Origin: Candidatus Bathyarchaeia archaeon
Lineage (GTDB): Archaea > Thermoproteota > Bathyarchaeia > Bathyarchaeales > Bathycorpusculaceae
Assembly: GCA_050010755.1 (NCBI GenBank)
Contig: JBEKKK010000001.1
Span: 288,001 to 352,000 of the forward strand
Reading direction: 5' to 3'
Length of the DNA stretch: 64,000 nucleotides
Shown here piece by piece: positions 9,134 through 19,304 of the stretch (position 1 is its first letter; every line of letters begins with the position of its first letter). The position numbers were made by a program, and so were the translations under genes. The notes under the pieces were generated by a model that was not told the DNA's origin, ran no database searches, and saw only the letters and a program-made list of their open reading frames with translations.

Positions 9134-9561
9134 AAAAAACAGTGATAAGATGCGTCCCTGTGTCGGGAGGTGCGTCGAAAGGAGAAGCTCTAGTTACTAA
9201 CCAGCCGATATGTCTGTACGACTCGTTGGATCCCAAGACTGGTCGTATCGTGAATAGAAGACATGAACTTTATGGGCAATGTGTTTCTGGCAGGGTTTTC
9301 TTCTTTCCATACGGAATTGGTTCAAGCACGAGCGCCGCCACGCTTCTTGAGACTTCAAGATGCAAAAAGGCTCCTGCCGCGATAATTAATCTGGAAACTG
9401 AGCCGATAATAGCTGTTGGCGCATTGTTGGCAGAGAGATTTTATGGTATGAAAATTCCGATTGTTCACAGGCCCGAGCTAGACCCGGCAGAAGCGATTAG
9501 ACACCATTCGGTAAGGGTTGACGGCGATCTGGGCCTGATTGAAGTACTAAGACACAGTTGA
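9130..9561 (+). CDS. Aconitase X small (swivel, DUF126) subunit
   Basis: GEALV, DPKTG, HELYGQ, GIGSS and KAPAAII. GTG overlaps the large-subunit TGA (GTGA). Confidence 0.85.
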   Translation: MKKTVIRCVPVSGGASKGEALVTNQPICLYDSLDPKTGRIVNRRHELYGQCVSGRVFFFPYGIGSSTSAATLLETSRCKKAPAAIINLETEPIIAVGALLAERFYGMKIPIVHRPELDPAEAIRHHSVRVDGDLGLIEVLRHS

Positions 9562-9663
9562 TGCACACCACATATTAAAGCAAGCAACGAATGAAACGCA
9601 AAAATTAGCGCACAATGTTTTTAGGTCTCGGGCTAGTCTTAACTAATAAGCGTTCTGGAAAAG

Positions 9664-10581
9664 GTGGAGAATACCATCCAAAAAGGTCTTATTTTCGATA
9701 TCAAAAGGTATGCCACGGACGATGGACCAGGCATACGTACGACCGTATTCTTCAAGGGATGCCCCCTACGCTGCTTGTGGTGCCACAACCCCGAGAGTCA
9801 AAATCCGAAACCCGAGTTAATGTACAAACGGAACAGATGCAAAGGCTCCGGCGAATGTGTCGAAAGCTGTCCGAAGAGTGCAATCTCGAAAGGCGCTCAG
9901 TACGTGTCTATAAACAGGAAACTCTGCAATTCATGCGGAAAATGCGCCTATGCCTGTCCAAGTGATGCTCTCGTGCAGGTCGGCAGAGCAGTAGGAGTCG
10001 ACGAGCTGCTGAAGGAAATAGAGAAGGACGTTATCTTTTACGATGAGTCAGGCGGAGGCGTCACCTTCTCGGGTGGAGAGCCACTCATGCAACCCGATTT
10101 CCTAGAAGCTCTGCTCGAAGGTTGCAAGGAGAGAAACATTCGCACGACGTTGGACACGTGTGGATACGCATCATGGGAAACGATGGAGAGAATAAAGGAC
10201 AAGGTTGATCTTTTTCTTTATGACCTCAAGAGCATGGACGACCGGACGCATAGAAAGTACACAGGAGTGTCAAACATACTCATCGTTCAGAATTTCAAGA
10301 GGTTGGCGGAGAATGGAAGCATCATTTCAGTTCGCTTCCCCGTCATCCCTGGCGTCAATGACAACGCCGAAAACGTCGCAAGAACAGGCGAGTTTGCACT
10401 GTCAAGTGGAGTGAGGCAGATCTGTCTACTTCCTTATCACAGAGCGGGGATTGAAAAGTACAGAAGCCTAGACAAGACTTGCAGACTCGAGGATCTACAA
10501 TCTCCTTCAGATGAAGAAATGCAAATGATAAAAGAAAAACTTATCACACTTGGGTCAGACGTGAGAATAGGAGGAGGGTAA
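9664..10581 (+). CDS. Glycyl-radical enzyme activating protein (radical SAM with ferredoxin-like insert)
   Basis: [25 protein letters not shown], two Cys-rich ferredoxin motifs, GVTFSGGEP and LLPYH. Confidence 0.95.
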   Translation: MENTIQKGLIFDIKRYATDDGPGIRTTVFFKGCPLRCLWCHNPESQNPKPELMYKRNRCKGSGECVESCPKSAISKGAQYVSINRKLCNSCGKCAYACPSDALVQVGRAVGVDELLKEIEKDVIFYDESGGGVTFSGGEPLMQPDFLEALLEGCKERNIRTTLDTCGYASWETMERIKDKVDLFLYDLKSMDDRTHRKYTGVSNILIVQNFKRLAENGSIISVRFPVIPGVNDNAENVARTGEFALSSGVRQICLLPYHRAGIEKYRSLDKTCRLEDLQSPSDEEMQMIKEKLITLGSDVRIGGG

Positions 10582-10582
10582 C

Positions 10583-12949
10583 ATGAAAGAAAGAGTTAGA
10601 AAACTCCGAGAACGTAGCGTCAGCACTAAACCATACATCACACCGGAAAGAGCCGTCCTAATAACGGAATTCTACGCGGGCGGAGAGGCCAGCCAGTCAG
10701 CATCCACACCCGTGAAAAGAGCCCTCGCCCTGAAATACTTGCTTGAAAACAAGCAGATATCCATTGATGAAGGTGAACTAATCGTCGGCGAGAGAGGACC
10801 CGCTCCGAAAGCCGTTCCCACCTACCCAGAGATATGCTGCCACAGCCTCCAAGACCTCGAAATTCTGAATTCGCGGAAGAAAACACCGTTTGCGGTGGAT
10901 AGAGAAACGAGGAGAGCATACGAAAACAAGATCATACCTTTCTGGAAGGACAAATCAATACGGGAAATGATTTTTGATCAAATGTCCAAAGAATGGAAAG
11001 CCGCCTACGAGGCCGGCGTGTTCACAGAGTTTCTGGAACAGAGAGCCCCAGGCCACACGGTTCTCGACGACAAAATCTACTCGAAAGGCATGCTTGACTT
11101 CATTGAGAATATCAAGAAGAGCATACAAAGTCTCGATTTTCTAAATGATCCCGAAGCTCTCAAAAAGATGGAAGAACTCAAAGCCATGCAAATCGCTGCC
11201 GGCGCGTTGATATGCTACGCAGAGCGACATGCTGAAAAAGCCAGAGAGATGGCAAAGAAAGAAAAAAACTCGACAAGAAGAAAAGAGCTCGAAAAGATAG
11301 CAGATGTCTGCTCTCACGTTCCCGCTAACGCACCTCGCGACTTTTGGGAGGCTCTGCAGTGCTACTGGTTTGTCCATTTAGGAGTAATCTCGGAACTCAA
11401 CCCATGGGATTCATTCAACCCCGGCAGGCTTGATCAGCACCTGTATCCGTTCTATAAAAGAGGTTTGGAGCAGAACACTTTAACGAAGGAAAAAGCCAAA
11501 GAACTACTGGAACTGTTCTGGATAAAATTCAACAATCAACCCGCGCCACCTAAGGTCGGCGTTACAGCAGAAGAGAGCAGTACCTACAACGATTTTGCCC
11601 TCATAAACGCTGGCGGCGTGAAAGCCGACGGCTCAGACGGCGTCAACGAGCTCTCGTACCTGATACTGGATGTTGTTGAGGAAATGAGGTTGATCCAGCC
11701 TAGCTCCATGGTCCAAATTAGCAAGAAAACTCCGGATAGTTTTGTGAAGAAGACCGTTGAGGTCATAAAAGAAGGGTTCGGACAACCCTCCGTCTTCAAC
11801 ACAGACGCAATAATTCAAGAACTCCTGCGACAGGGAAAATCGATAGAGGACGCGAGAAACGGAGGAGCGAGCGGATGCGTTGAAACAGGGGCGTTCGGAA
11901 AAGAAAGCTACATTCTCACGGGATACTTCAACCTCAGCAAGATATTGGAAATCACTTTGAACAACGGCATAGACCCGAGGACAAAGAAAAAAATAGGCCT
12001 TGAAACCGGAGATCCTTCAGAATTCAGTTCCTTCAATGACCTCATCACCGCATTTGAGAAGCAGTTAAACTATTTTGTGGACGTCAAAATCAGGGGTAAC
12101 AACATAATTGAAAGACTCTACGCCGAACATCTACCCACCCCCTTCTTGTCACTACTAATAAGCGATTGCATAAAGAAAGGAAAAGACTACAGCGACGGCG
12201 GCGCCAAGTACAACACGAATTACATCCAAGGCGTAGGTCTCGGAACGATAACTGATTCTCTCACGGCAATTAAACACCAAGTCTTTGACGAGAAAAACGT
12301 CAAGATGAAAGAACTGCTCAAGGCTCTACACGCCAACTTTGAAGAGCATGAGAACCTTCGCCAACAGCTCCTGAACAAGACCCCCAAGTACGGCAACGAC
12401 GACGATTACGCAGACGACATCATGAGAACCGTGTTTGAGATTTACTATTGCGCAGTGGAAGGAAGACCCAACACCAAGGGAGGCTACCACAGAATAAATC
12501 TCCTGCCGACGACGGTTCACATCTACTTCGGAAAAGTTCTAGGCGCAACACCTGACGGAAGAAAATCAGGAGAACCCGTCTCCGAGGGCGTTTCACCCGT
12601 CCAAGGAGCCGACAGAAAAGGCCCGACAGCAGTGATAAAATCCGTTTCAAAGATAGATCACATCAGAACAGGCGGAACCCTTCTCAACCAGAAATTCGCG
12701 CCCGAACTGCTCGAAGACGAGCAGGGAAGAGACAAGCTCGGCCATCTCATACGCACGTACTTCAAGCTTGACGGACACCATATCCAGTTTAACGTCATAA
12801 ACGCAGAGACCCTGCGAGATGCACAGAAACACCCCGAAAAATACACAGACCTCCTAGTGAGGGTTGCAGGTTACAGCGACTACTTCGTCGACTTGAGCAC
12901 CGAACTCCAGAACGAAATCATCAAGAGAACAGAACACAAATCGTTCTAG
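10583..12949 (+). CDS. hypD: Glycyl radical enzyme, trans-4-hydroxy-L-proline dehydratase
   Basis: HypD-type motifs EQRAPGH, NPWDSFNPGRLDQ, ESSTYNDF, SGCVE (Cys loop), TGYFN, LLPTT and RVAGYS (Gly loop); 788 aa. Confidence 0.9.
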   Translation: MKERVRKLRERSVSTKPYITPERAVLITEFYAGGEASQSASTPVKRALALKYLLENKQISIDEGELIVGERGPAPKAVPTYPEICCHSLQDLEILNSRKKTPFAVDRETRRAYENKIIPFWKDKSIREMIFDQMSKEWKAAYEAGVFTEFLEQRAPGHTVLDDKIYSKGMLDFIENIKKSIQSLDFLNDPEALKKMEELKAMQIAAGALICYAERHAEKAREMAKKEKNSTRRKELEKIADVCSHVPANAPRDFWEALQCYWFVHLGVISELNPWDSFNPGRLDQHLYPFYKRGLEQNTLTKEKAKELLELFWIKFNNQPAPPKVGVTAEESSTYNDFALINAGGVKADGSDGVNELSYLILDVVEEMRLIQPSSMVQISKKTPDSFVKKTVEVIKEGFGQPSVFNTDAIIQELLRQGKSIEDARNGGASGCVETGAFGKESYILTGYFNLSKILEITLNNGIDPRTKKKIGLETGDPSEFSSFNDLITAFEKQLNYFVDVKIRGNNIIERLYAEHLPTPFLSLLISDCIKKGKDYSDGGAKYNTNYIQGVGLGTITDSLTAIKHQVFDEKNVKMKELLKALHANFEEHENLRQQLLNKTPKYGNDDDYADDIMRTVFEIYYCAVEGRPNTKGGYHRINLLPTTVHIYFGKVLGATPDGRKSGEPVSEGVSPVQGADRKGPTAVIKSVSKIDHIRTGGTLLNQKFAPELLEDEQGRDKLGHLIRTYFKLDGHHIQFNVINAETLRDAQKHPEKYTDLLVRVAGYSDYFVDLSTELQNEIIKRTEHKSF

Positions 12950-12989
12950 GCGAGAAGCAAAAACAGCTAGGACCCATTTTGTGGAACGT

Positions 12990-13973
12990 TCAAATCTCCA
13001 TTTGTTTTCCGATTCCCTCTTCTTTTGCCTTGTCATACACCATCTTTGCCACGGCAGCATCCTCAAGGGCTAAGCCCACGGCTTTCCAGCACGTCGTTTC
13101 GGTTTGAGACGTTCGTCCAGGCTTTTCTCCGCCCACTATCTCATGAAGTTCCGCGTATATGCCATCCTTTGAGATTATTCCGTTCTTCATCGGGATGGCG
13201 AGGTCCCCAGTCTCGGCAAGTGCGCCCTCTAATGTGTCGACGACGATTTTTGCCCTCTTGATTGTTTTGTCATCCAGTTCTCTTCCTTCAGGGCCGACCA
13301 CTCCTATGGAGTTTATATGGGTCCCGGCTGATATCCAGTCTCCGTCCAACACTGGAACCCTCGACGTAGTGGCCAGAACTATTAAGTCAGAGTTTTCCAC
13401 GCATTGCCTGCTGGTTTCCACAGGTTCCACAGTTAAACTCAGTTCTCGCGAGATACCGTCTGCGAATTCACCAGCCCTCTTGGGCAGAATGTCATACACC
13501 TTTATTCTTGTCAGGTTTTTGAGAACCTCCCGCAATCCCCGAACCTGAGCTCTAGCCTGGCCACCCGTGCCCAAGACGCCAACAACATGAGAACTCTTTC
13601 GAGCAAGATATTCCGTCGCAACGGCGCTTGCGGCTCCTGTTCTCGTGGCGGTCAGGTACGTGGCATCCATGAGGGCGAGAGGTCTGCCCGTTTCTGGATC
13701 GTTTAGGAGAATTGAAGCTAATATCGTGGGCAAACCTTGCTTCAAGTTTCTCTCGAATTGAGTGACTATCTTGATTGCTAACGACCCCGTCTTGCTGAGG
13801 TAGGCGGGCATATAATAAGCGAAGCCTTCGTGTTCGTCAACGCTTATGATCGATCGCTTGGGACATGCCACATTTCCTTCATGTTGCTCGAGAAAGGCCG
13901 CTTCTACGACTTGGATAGCTTCCCTCATCGTAACCAATGACTCGACATCGGCTCTACTGAGGAACAAGACCAT
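12990..13973 (-). CDS. Ornithine cyclodeaminase/mu-crystallin family (alanine dehydrogenase or pyrroline-2-carboxylate reductase-like)
   Basis: MPAY, KIV, LTATRTGAASAVA, GTGGQA and KAVGLALEDAAVA. Confidence 0.9.
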   Translation of the reverse strand: MVLFLSRADVESLVTMREAIQVVEAAFLEQHEGNVACPKRSIISVDEHEGFAYYMPAYLSKTGSLAIKIVTQFERNLKQGLPTILASILLNDPETGRPLALMDATYLTATRTGAASAVATEYLARKSSHVVGVLGTGGQARAQVRGLREVLKNLTRIKVYDILPKRAGEFADGISRELSLTVEPVETSRQCVENSDLIVLATTSRVPVLDGDWISAGTHINSIGVVGPEGRELDDKTIKRAKIVVDTLEGALAETGDLAIPMKNGIISKDGIYAELHEIVGGEKPGRTSQTETTCWKAVGLALEDAAVAKMVYDKAKEEGIGKQMEI

Positions 13974-14179
13974 TGGGGAAACCTCAAATCTAAGGCGTGG
14001 CAATTCGCACTTAACTTTTTCTTGTTTCTCAAAACGACACGCATCTGTCGCTGAAATATCGGTTTCTTGCTCATCAGAACAGGACCTGGCTACAAAGCCG
14101 AGTCACAATTAGAATCGACCTTCACACAAAACATTTATACGACTTTCAATCGGCGTTGAGGTTGACGCTGTGAAGACTA

Positions 14180-15472
14180 ATGGCCGATTACGACGTAGTT
14201 ATTGTGGGGGGCGGAATTCTTGGTTTATCGACCGCGTACCATGTCAAAACCGTGCATCCTGACGCAGCCATTTTGGTCATAGACAAATTAGGCTCAGCAG
14301 GTCAGGGGAACACAGCTCGGAGCGCGGCCGCCTTTCGCTGCATATTCTCGTCCCAGACGAATTACGCTCTTGCCGATTCTTCCCTTGAATTCTATAGGCA
14401 TTTGGAGCAAGATTTGGGCGTGGATATTAAGCTGCAATGGCTCGGCTACCTCTGGCTCCTGACCGAAAAGGACTACGACGAAACTTCTACCGTTTTCAAG
14501 GATTTAGCACTCAAGAGCGATTTGAAATACACCGAGTACGACTGCAAAGAACTGACCAGGAGATTGTGCGTACGAACAAACTTGGAGAAAGACGAAGAAG
14601 CACAATCTATGGGTTTGGAGGATATTTTCGGAGGCATCCTGATTCCCAAAGCAGGCGTCATAAACGATGTCAGCTCTTTGATCAACTTCTACGAAACCGA
14701 GTTCCTGAGACTCGGCGGAAAAATCCAATACAATGTAGAGGCCAAGAGTTTGATTGCTGAACCTCTCCAACCTTGGGGCATTTCGGGCGAACCCTATTTT
14801 TGGCAGACCGCAAGAGCCGCAGGGGTGAGCACTAATAAAGGCGTCATCAGGGCGAAAAAGACAGTCTTGGCGGCTGGTGCTTGGATTTCACGATTATTAG
14901 ATCCGGTGGGCGTTGAGTGCTACATCAAACCGAAGAAAAGACAGTTCTTCGCCATTGAGGCCAAGAGCAGTGACTTGCAGAAGCTGCTGTTCACCAAAGG
15001 GTTCAATTCACTTGGCTGTTTACCTTTCACCATTCTACCAAGTTTCAGAGTGTACATTCGTCCATTTTCCAAAGAAGGAACCTATTGGGTTGGCTACGCT
15101 GACGATTTCCCAAGGGCCTTTAAACTTGAGGAAGACCCGCAAGCGGAGAAAAATTTCTATGAATATGGCATCTATCAAGTTTTGACGAAGTATTTTCCAC
15201 AGTTTAGGGATGTTCGCGCGTCTTCAGCTTTTGCAGGATTGTACGAGATCAACACCCTTGATGGACACCCTGTGATTTTTGAACAAAATGATTTGATGGT
15301 GGTGGGTGGTGCCAGTGGAAGCGGAATCACAAAAGCAGACGCGATTGGAAGAATCGCTGAGGCTTTGTACAGTGAAAAAGAGTATGCGAGTTTTTACGGT
15401 CACAAGAAGTTCAAAGTCAGTGACCTGGGCCTCGAAAAAAGATATGTGGAACCCGAGAAACTAGTACTCTAG
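14180..15472 (+). CDS. FAD-dependent (DAO family) dye-linked L-proline dehydrogenase, Aeropyrum single-subunit type
   Basis: GGGILG FAD motif. Recalled similarity to A. pernix ProDH: RSAAAFR, GEPYFWQ, PKKR, LEEDPQ, GASGSGITKADAIGR and C-terminal EKLVL. Confidence 0.75.
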   Translation: MADYDVVIVGGGILGLSTAYHVKTVHPDAAILVIDKLGSAGQGNTARSAAAFRCIFSSQTNYALADSSLEFYRHLEQDLGVDIKLQWLGYLWLLTEKDYDETSTVFKDLALKSDLKYTEYDCKELTRRLCVRTNLEKDEEAQSMGLEDIFGGILIPKAGVINDVSSLINFYETEFLRLGGKIQYNVEAKSLIAEPLQPWGISGEPYFWQTARAAGVSTNKGVIRAKKTVLAAGAWISRLLDPVGVECYIKPKKRQFFAIEAKSSDLQKLLFTKGFNSLGCLPFTILPSFRVYIRPFSKEGTYWVGYADDFPRAFKLEEDPQAEKNFYEYGIYQVLTKYFPQFRDVRASSAFAGLYEINTLDGHPVIFEQNDLMVVGGASGSGITKADAIGRIAEALYSEKEYASFYGHKKFKVSDLGLEKRYVEPEKLVL

Positions 15473-15495
15473 CGCATGCATGCGCTTAGTGGAAA

Positions 15496-16656
15496 ATGAA
15501 CAGGGAGAAAAGTGAAAAGATGAAAACGAAAAAAACGACAACTTACTTTTGGTCAGGAAACGAAGCTTGCGTTGAAGCGGCGATAATTGCGGGTTGCCGA
15601 TTCTTCGCGGGTTACCCGATATCGCCTTCGAACGAGATACCTGAAGGTCTTTCAGAACGCCTGCCAAAGGTTGATGGAATATTTATGCAGATGGAAGACG
15701 AGCTGGCTTCTATAGGCGCGGTTATGGGTGCGAGCTGGGCGGGAAAGAAGGCCATGACGGCCACTTCGGGACCCGGTTTCAGCCTAATGCAGGAAACCAT
15801 AGGCTGGGGATTCATGACTGAAACACCCTGCGTAATAGTTGACGTTCAAAGAGTGGGGCCTGGCACGGGACAAGCAACCAAATGCGCACAGGGAGACGTT
15901 ATGCAGACTCGCTGGGGAACGCACGGTGACTACGCGGCCATTGCGTTATCTCCAAACTCGGTTCAGGAAATGTTTGACCTCACAATTAGAGCATTCAACC
16001 TCGCCGAAAAATATCGTACGCCAGTCGTTCTTCTGGCAGACGAGACTATAGCCCATGTCAGAGAGCAAATAGCGGTTCCGCCACCTGAGAGCATAGAGAT
16101 AGTTAACCGCAAGAAACCAAAGACGGGAGAAACCGAGTTTTTTGGCATGAAAGAAGTTGCGCCAATGCCGGCCGTCGGCGAAGGCTTCAACGTTGCTGTG
16201 ACGGCTTCAACACACGATGAACGTGGAGTCCGATTCACGCAGGACGCAGCGGTGCACAGAAGAATGCTTGAAAGCCTCAATGCCAAGATAGATGGTCACG
16301 CGGACGACATCGCCGAGGTGGAGAGCCACAACATTGACGACTGTAGGGTAGGTGTAGTATCTTTCGGCTGCACGTCCCGTGCGGTCTACGAGGCGGTTGA
16401 AATGGCAGAAGCGTTGGGAACCAAGACGGGTTACGTTCGCCTGAAGACGGTATGGCCTTTCCCAGAGAAAGCCGTCCGAAGGCTAGCCAAATCTGCTGAG
16501 AGAATTATCGTTCCTGAGATGAATCTGGGACAGGTTGCCAGAGAAGTTCAGAGAGTCGCATGCAAAACAGAAATTGTGAAGTTGAATAAGATAGGAGGGG
16601 GCGAGCTCATCACGCCTGAGGAAGTGTTCAACAAAATCGTTGAAGGGGGAAAATGA
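15496..16656 (+). CDS. korA: 2-oxoacid:ferredoxin oxidoreductase alpha subunit
   Basis: GNEAC, FFAGYPISPS, QMEDE, ATSGPGFSLMQE and PEMNLGQ. Confidence 0.9.
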   Translation: MNREKSEKMKTKKTTTYFWSGNEACVEAAIIAGCRFFAGYPISPSNEIPEGLSERLPKVDGIFMQMEDELASIGAVMGASWAGKKAMTATSGPGFSLMQETIGWGFMTETPCVIVDVQRVGPGTGQATKCAQGDVMQTRWGTHGDYAAIALSPNSVQEMFDLTIRAFNLAEKYRTPVVLLADETIAHVREQIAVPPPESIEIVNRKKPKTGETEFFGMKEVAPMPAVGEGFNVAVTASTHDERGVRFTQDAAVHRRMLESLNAKIDGHADDIAEVESHNIDDCRVGVVSFGCTSRAVYEAVEMAEALGTKTGYVRLKTVWPFPEKAVRRLAKSAERIIVPEMNLGQVAREVQRVACKTEIVKLNKIGGGELITPEEVFNKIVEGGK

Positions 16657-16657
16657 A

Positions 16658-17491
16658 GTGTCCGGGGAGTATTCGTCTCGAAAGTACATGAGGGATTTGA
16701 AGTTACCGTTCTGTCCAGGCTGTGGGTTGTTTTCATTAGGCGCCACCTTCCTAAAGGCTGTGCACGAGCTCGGCCATGAAAACTTGAACGGATTCTGTTT
16801 CGCCAGCGGAATAGGCTGTTCTTCGTGGATTCCTTCACCGTATTTTTTCGCCGATTCAGTTCACACTCTTCACGGCCGAAGTATACCGGTTGCGACCAGC
16901 ATTAAACTCGTGCGCCCAGACCTGAGCGTGGTCGTGTTCGGCGGGGACGGAGACATCGTTGGGATCGGTCTTAGCCACTTCGTACACGCTGCAAGACGCA
17001 ACACAGACATACTGGTCGTTATGGGCAACAACATGGTTTACGGAATGACAGGGGGGCAAGTAGCACCCACAACACCCTTCAAGACCCAGACAACAACCAC
17101 TCCATATGGAAGCTTTGAACATCCACTGGACGCCGCAAGACTCGCCGTCGCCGCTGGAGCAGCATATTCTGCACGTTGGACTACCGCACATCTGAAAGAA
17201 CTGAAGGAATCGATGAAAACCGCGCTACAGATGCCCGGCTTCAAGTTCATAGAAGTTGTAACCCAATGTTTTACAGCGTACGGCAGAAGAGCCGGCTTCA
17301 AGGACGTAGGAGGGATGCTGAAGTATTTCAGAGAAAACGCTGTTGGGGTACAGCAAGCTGAGAAAATGAGCGAAGAAGAACTTGAATCGAAAATCGTTGT
17401 GGGAGAATTTGTTAAGAGAAAGCGTCCGACACTCGTGGAGACAGTTTACGCAATAATCAAGGAGGCAAAGACAAGTGGTGAACAAGACTGA
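16658..17491 (+). CDS. korB: 2-oxoacid:ferredoxin oxidoreductase beta subunit (TPP-binding)
   Basis: FCPGCG, SGIGCS, LHGR and GGDGD...NNMVYGMTGGQ. Confidence 0.9.
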   Translation: MSGEYSSRKYMRDLKLPFCPGCGLFSLGATFLKAVHELGHENLNGFCFASGIGCSSWIPSPYFFADSVHTLHGRSIPVATSIKLVRPDLSVVVFGGDGDIVGIGLSHFVHAARRNTDILVVMGNNMVYGMTGGQVAPTTPFKTQTTTTPYGSFEHPLDAARLAVAAGAAYSARWTTAHLKELKESMKTALQMPGFKFIEVVTQCFTAYGRRAGFKDVGGMLKYFRENAVGVQQAEKMSEEELESKIVVGEFVKRKRPTLVETVYAIIKEAKTSGEQD

Positions 17492-18008
17492 AATAAGATT
17501 CGGCGGAAGCGGTGGACAGGGCGTGGTCCTAGCTGCACAGATACTTGGAAAAGCGGCAGTTCTGGAAGGAAGAAACGCTCTGCAGACACAAGCATACGGA
17601 GCCGAGGCCAGAGGAAGCATGGCCAAGAGCGAAGTCATCATATCAGACAGCAAAATAGGCTTCCCCGCCGTCAGGAAGTGCGACATACTCGTGGCGATGA
17701 ATCAAGAATCACTCAACACATTAATCAGGGATATGAAAGAAGACGGAATGCTCATAGTTGATAGCACCAACGTAACAGAATTTCCTGAAACAAAAGCTCA
17801 AGTCTACAAGATTCCAATCACGGAAACTGCAAAAAAAGAATTCGGAGAAGCATTCTACGCAAACATGATCATGTTAGGTGCCTTCACAAAACTAACTCAC
17901 CTAGTGAGCAGAGAAGCGATGGAAAAAACAATAAGAGAAAACGTCTCGAAAGAAACCATCGAAAACAACATCAAGGCTTTCCAGAAAGGCTTAGAACTAG
18001 ACCATTAG
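17475..18008 (+). CDS. 2-oxoacid:ferredoxin oxidoreductase gamma subunit
   Basis: GSGGQGVV, YGAEARG and ANMIMLGA. Confidence 0.9.
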   Translation: MVNKTEIRFGGSGGQGVVLAAQILGKAAVLEGRNALQTQAYGAEARGSMAKSEVIISDSKIGFPAVRKCDILVAMNQESLNTLIRDMKEDGMLIVDSTNVTEFPETKAQVYKIPITETAKKEFGEAFYANMIMLGAFTKLTHLVSREAMEKTIRENVSKETIENNIKAFQKGLELDH

Positions 18009-18089
18009 AGAACGAAAATTCTCGAAGAAGGACTCGCAAAGAAGACAACGACATTGCGACATCTGAAAGCATTCTTGCGAGTGCGTTCC

Positions 18090-19304
18090 CTAGATTTTTG
18101 AAAAAGCAGCTTTCCATGTTGCTGATGAACGAGAATAGGGGTTCAGATACAAGGTTCTGAAGAATTCGTTTAGTTTGCCTTTTCGTTCAGCTTTCTTGAA
18201 AGTGGGTAGCACGTAGTCTCTTCTTCCGAAGTAATATGTGTAGACGTAGGGTTTGAACAGGTTAGGTTTCCCGTTGGGATTGACTGGTCTGCTGAAATTG
18301 AGAGACTGTTTAGCGTCCTCGATTGGAATGAAACCTTCCGAGGAGACGTATTCTGCAGCCTTCTCAATATCGATGCTCTCCACGTTTAGCATGTAGGCAA
18401 CGTTCAATCCTATCATGCTTTGTAGGGTGCCGAGCGACTCCAACAATTCGCCGCATTCAGTTGGCATTAGATTCAGGAATTCTCTCGCGCAGTCGGCTGT
18501 CCCTTCATTGATGATGCTGCGTTTCGTGTGCAGTAGTGCAACGCACATGTCGAGCGCCTTGGTCTCGCGGTAGTAGTGTTCGGTAAAAACGTTGGCGATG
18601 TGATGCTCGTATTCGTGGCAGAGCATGCCGATAAATCTATATTTGTTGAAAGTTCGGTCCAAGTTTACCGCGTTAACGCTCGTGTAGTCTCCTTGATAGT
18701 AATTGTACGCGCCCCACGGTTCGCCGCTGACGGCTCTGTAAACAACTCCTTTGTTCTTAACTCTTAAAGAAATATTGGTGAACACTTTTTTCTCAAACAA
18801 CTCTTCGATTTCTTTAGTGCGACGAACAACTTCTGTCACCATCATTTTTTTCAGTGCCTTCCCTGAGACTTTGCTCTCTTCCCTCCATCTAGAAATTTTT
18901 TCGGAAACATCTGAGCCCGGGAGACCCGTGCTAGCAGCTTCAACTCGCTCTTGCGCCTTTCGAATCTCATTTTGGCTGAATTTCGAAGGAGTTATTCCGA
19001 AAATCCCTTTCACTAGCTGCGGGTACGGAATGGTGTCTCCCGAAAGCCATCTTACGACGATTTTCATGGATTGGAGGTCAGTTAGTATGACGATTCTCCT
19101 TAGTTTGTCGTCTATCTCTTTGTCTCGATCAATCAGCGTCTCTAAGTTCAATATTAGCTTCTCAGAAGAGAGAACCTGTTCCGTTTTTCTGGGCAAGAAT
19201 TTTTTTGGTCCAAAATACGCATCGACGATGCTGATTCCAGTTGCTTCCTTTGTGAAGGTGCCAATATGTAAGAGCAGTTTCAGGTAGTCTTCGTCCAGAG
19301 CCAT
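18090..19304 (-). CDS. Hypothetical protein with HExxH motif (possible zincin-like metallopeptidase)
   Basis: 404-aa ORF with CHEYEH and a downstream INEGTA. Confidence 0.6.
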   Translation of the reverse strand: MALDEDYLKLLLHIGTFTKEATGISIVDAYFGPKKFLPRKTEQVLSSEKLILNLETLIDRDKEIDDKLRRIVILTDLQSMKIVVRWLSGDTIPYPQLVKGIFGITPSKFSQNEIRKAQERVEAASTGLPGSDVSEKISRWREESKVSGKALKKMMVTEVVRRTKEIEELFEKKVFTNISLRVKNKGVVYRAVSGEPWGAYNYYQGDYTSVNAVNLDRTFNKYRFIGMLCHEYEHHIANVFTEHYYRETKALDMCVALLHTKRSIINEGTADCAREFLNLMPTECGELLESLGTLQSMIGLNVAYMLNVESIDIEKAAEYVSSEGFIPIEDAKQSLNFSRPVNPNGKPNLFKPYVYTYYFGRRDYVLPTFKKAERKGKLNEFFRTLYLNPYSRSSATWKAAFSKI

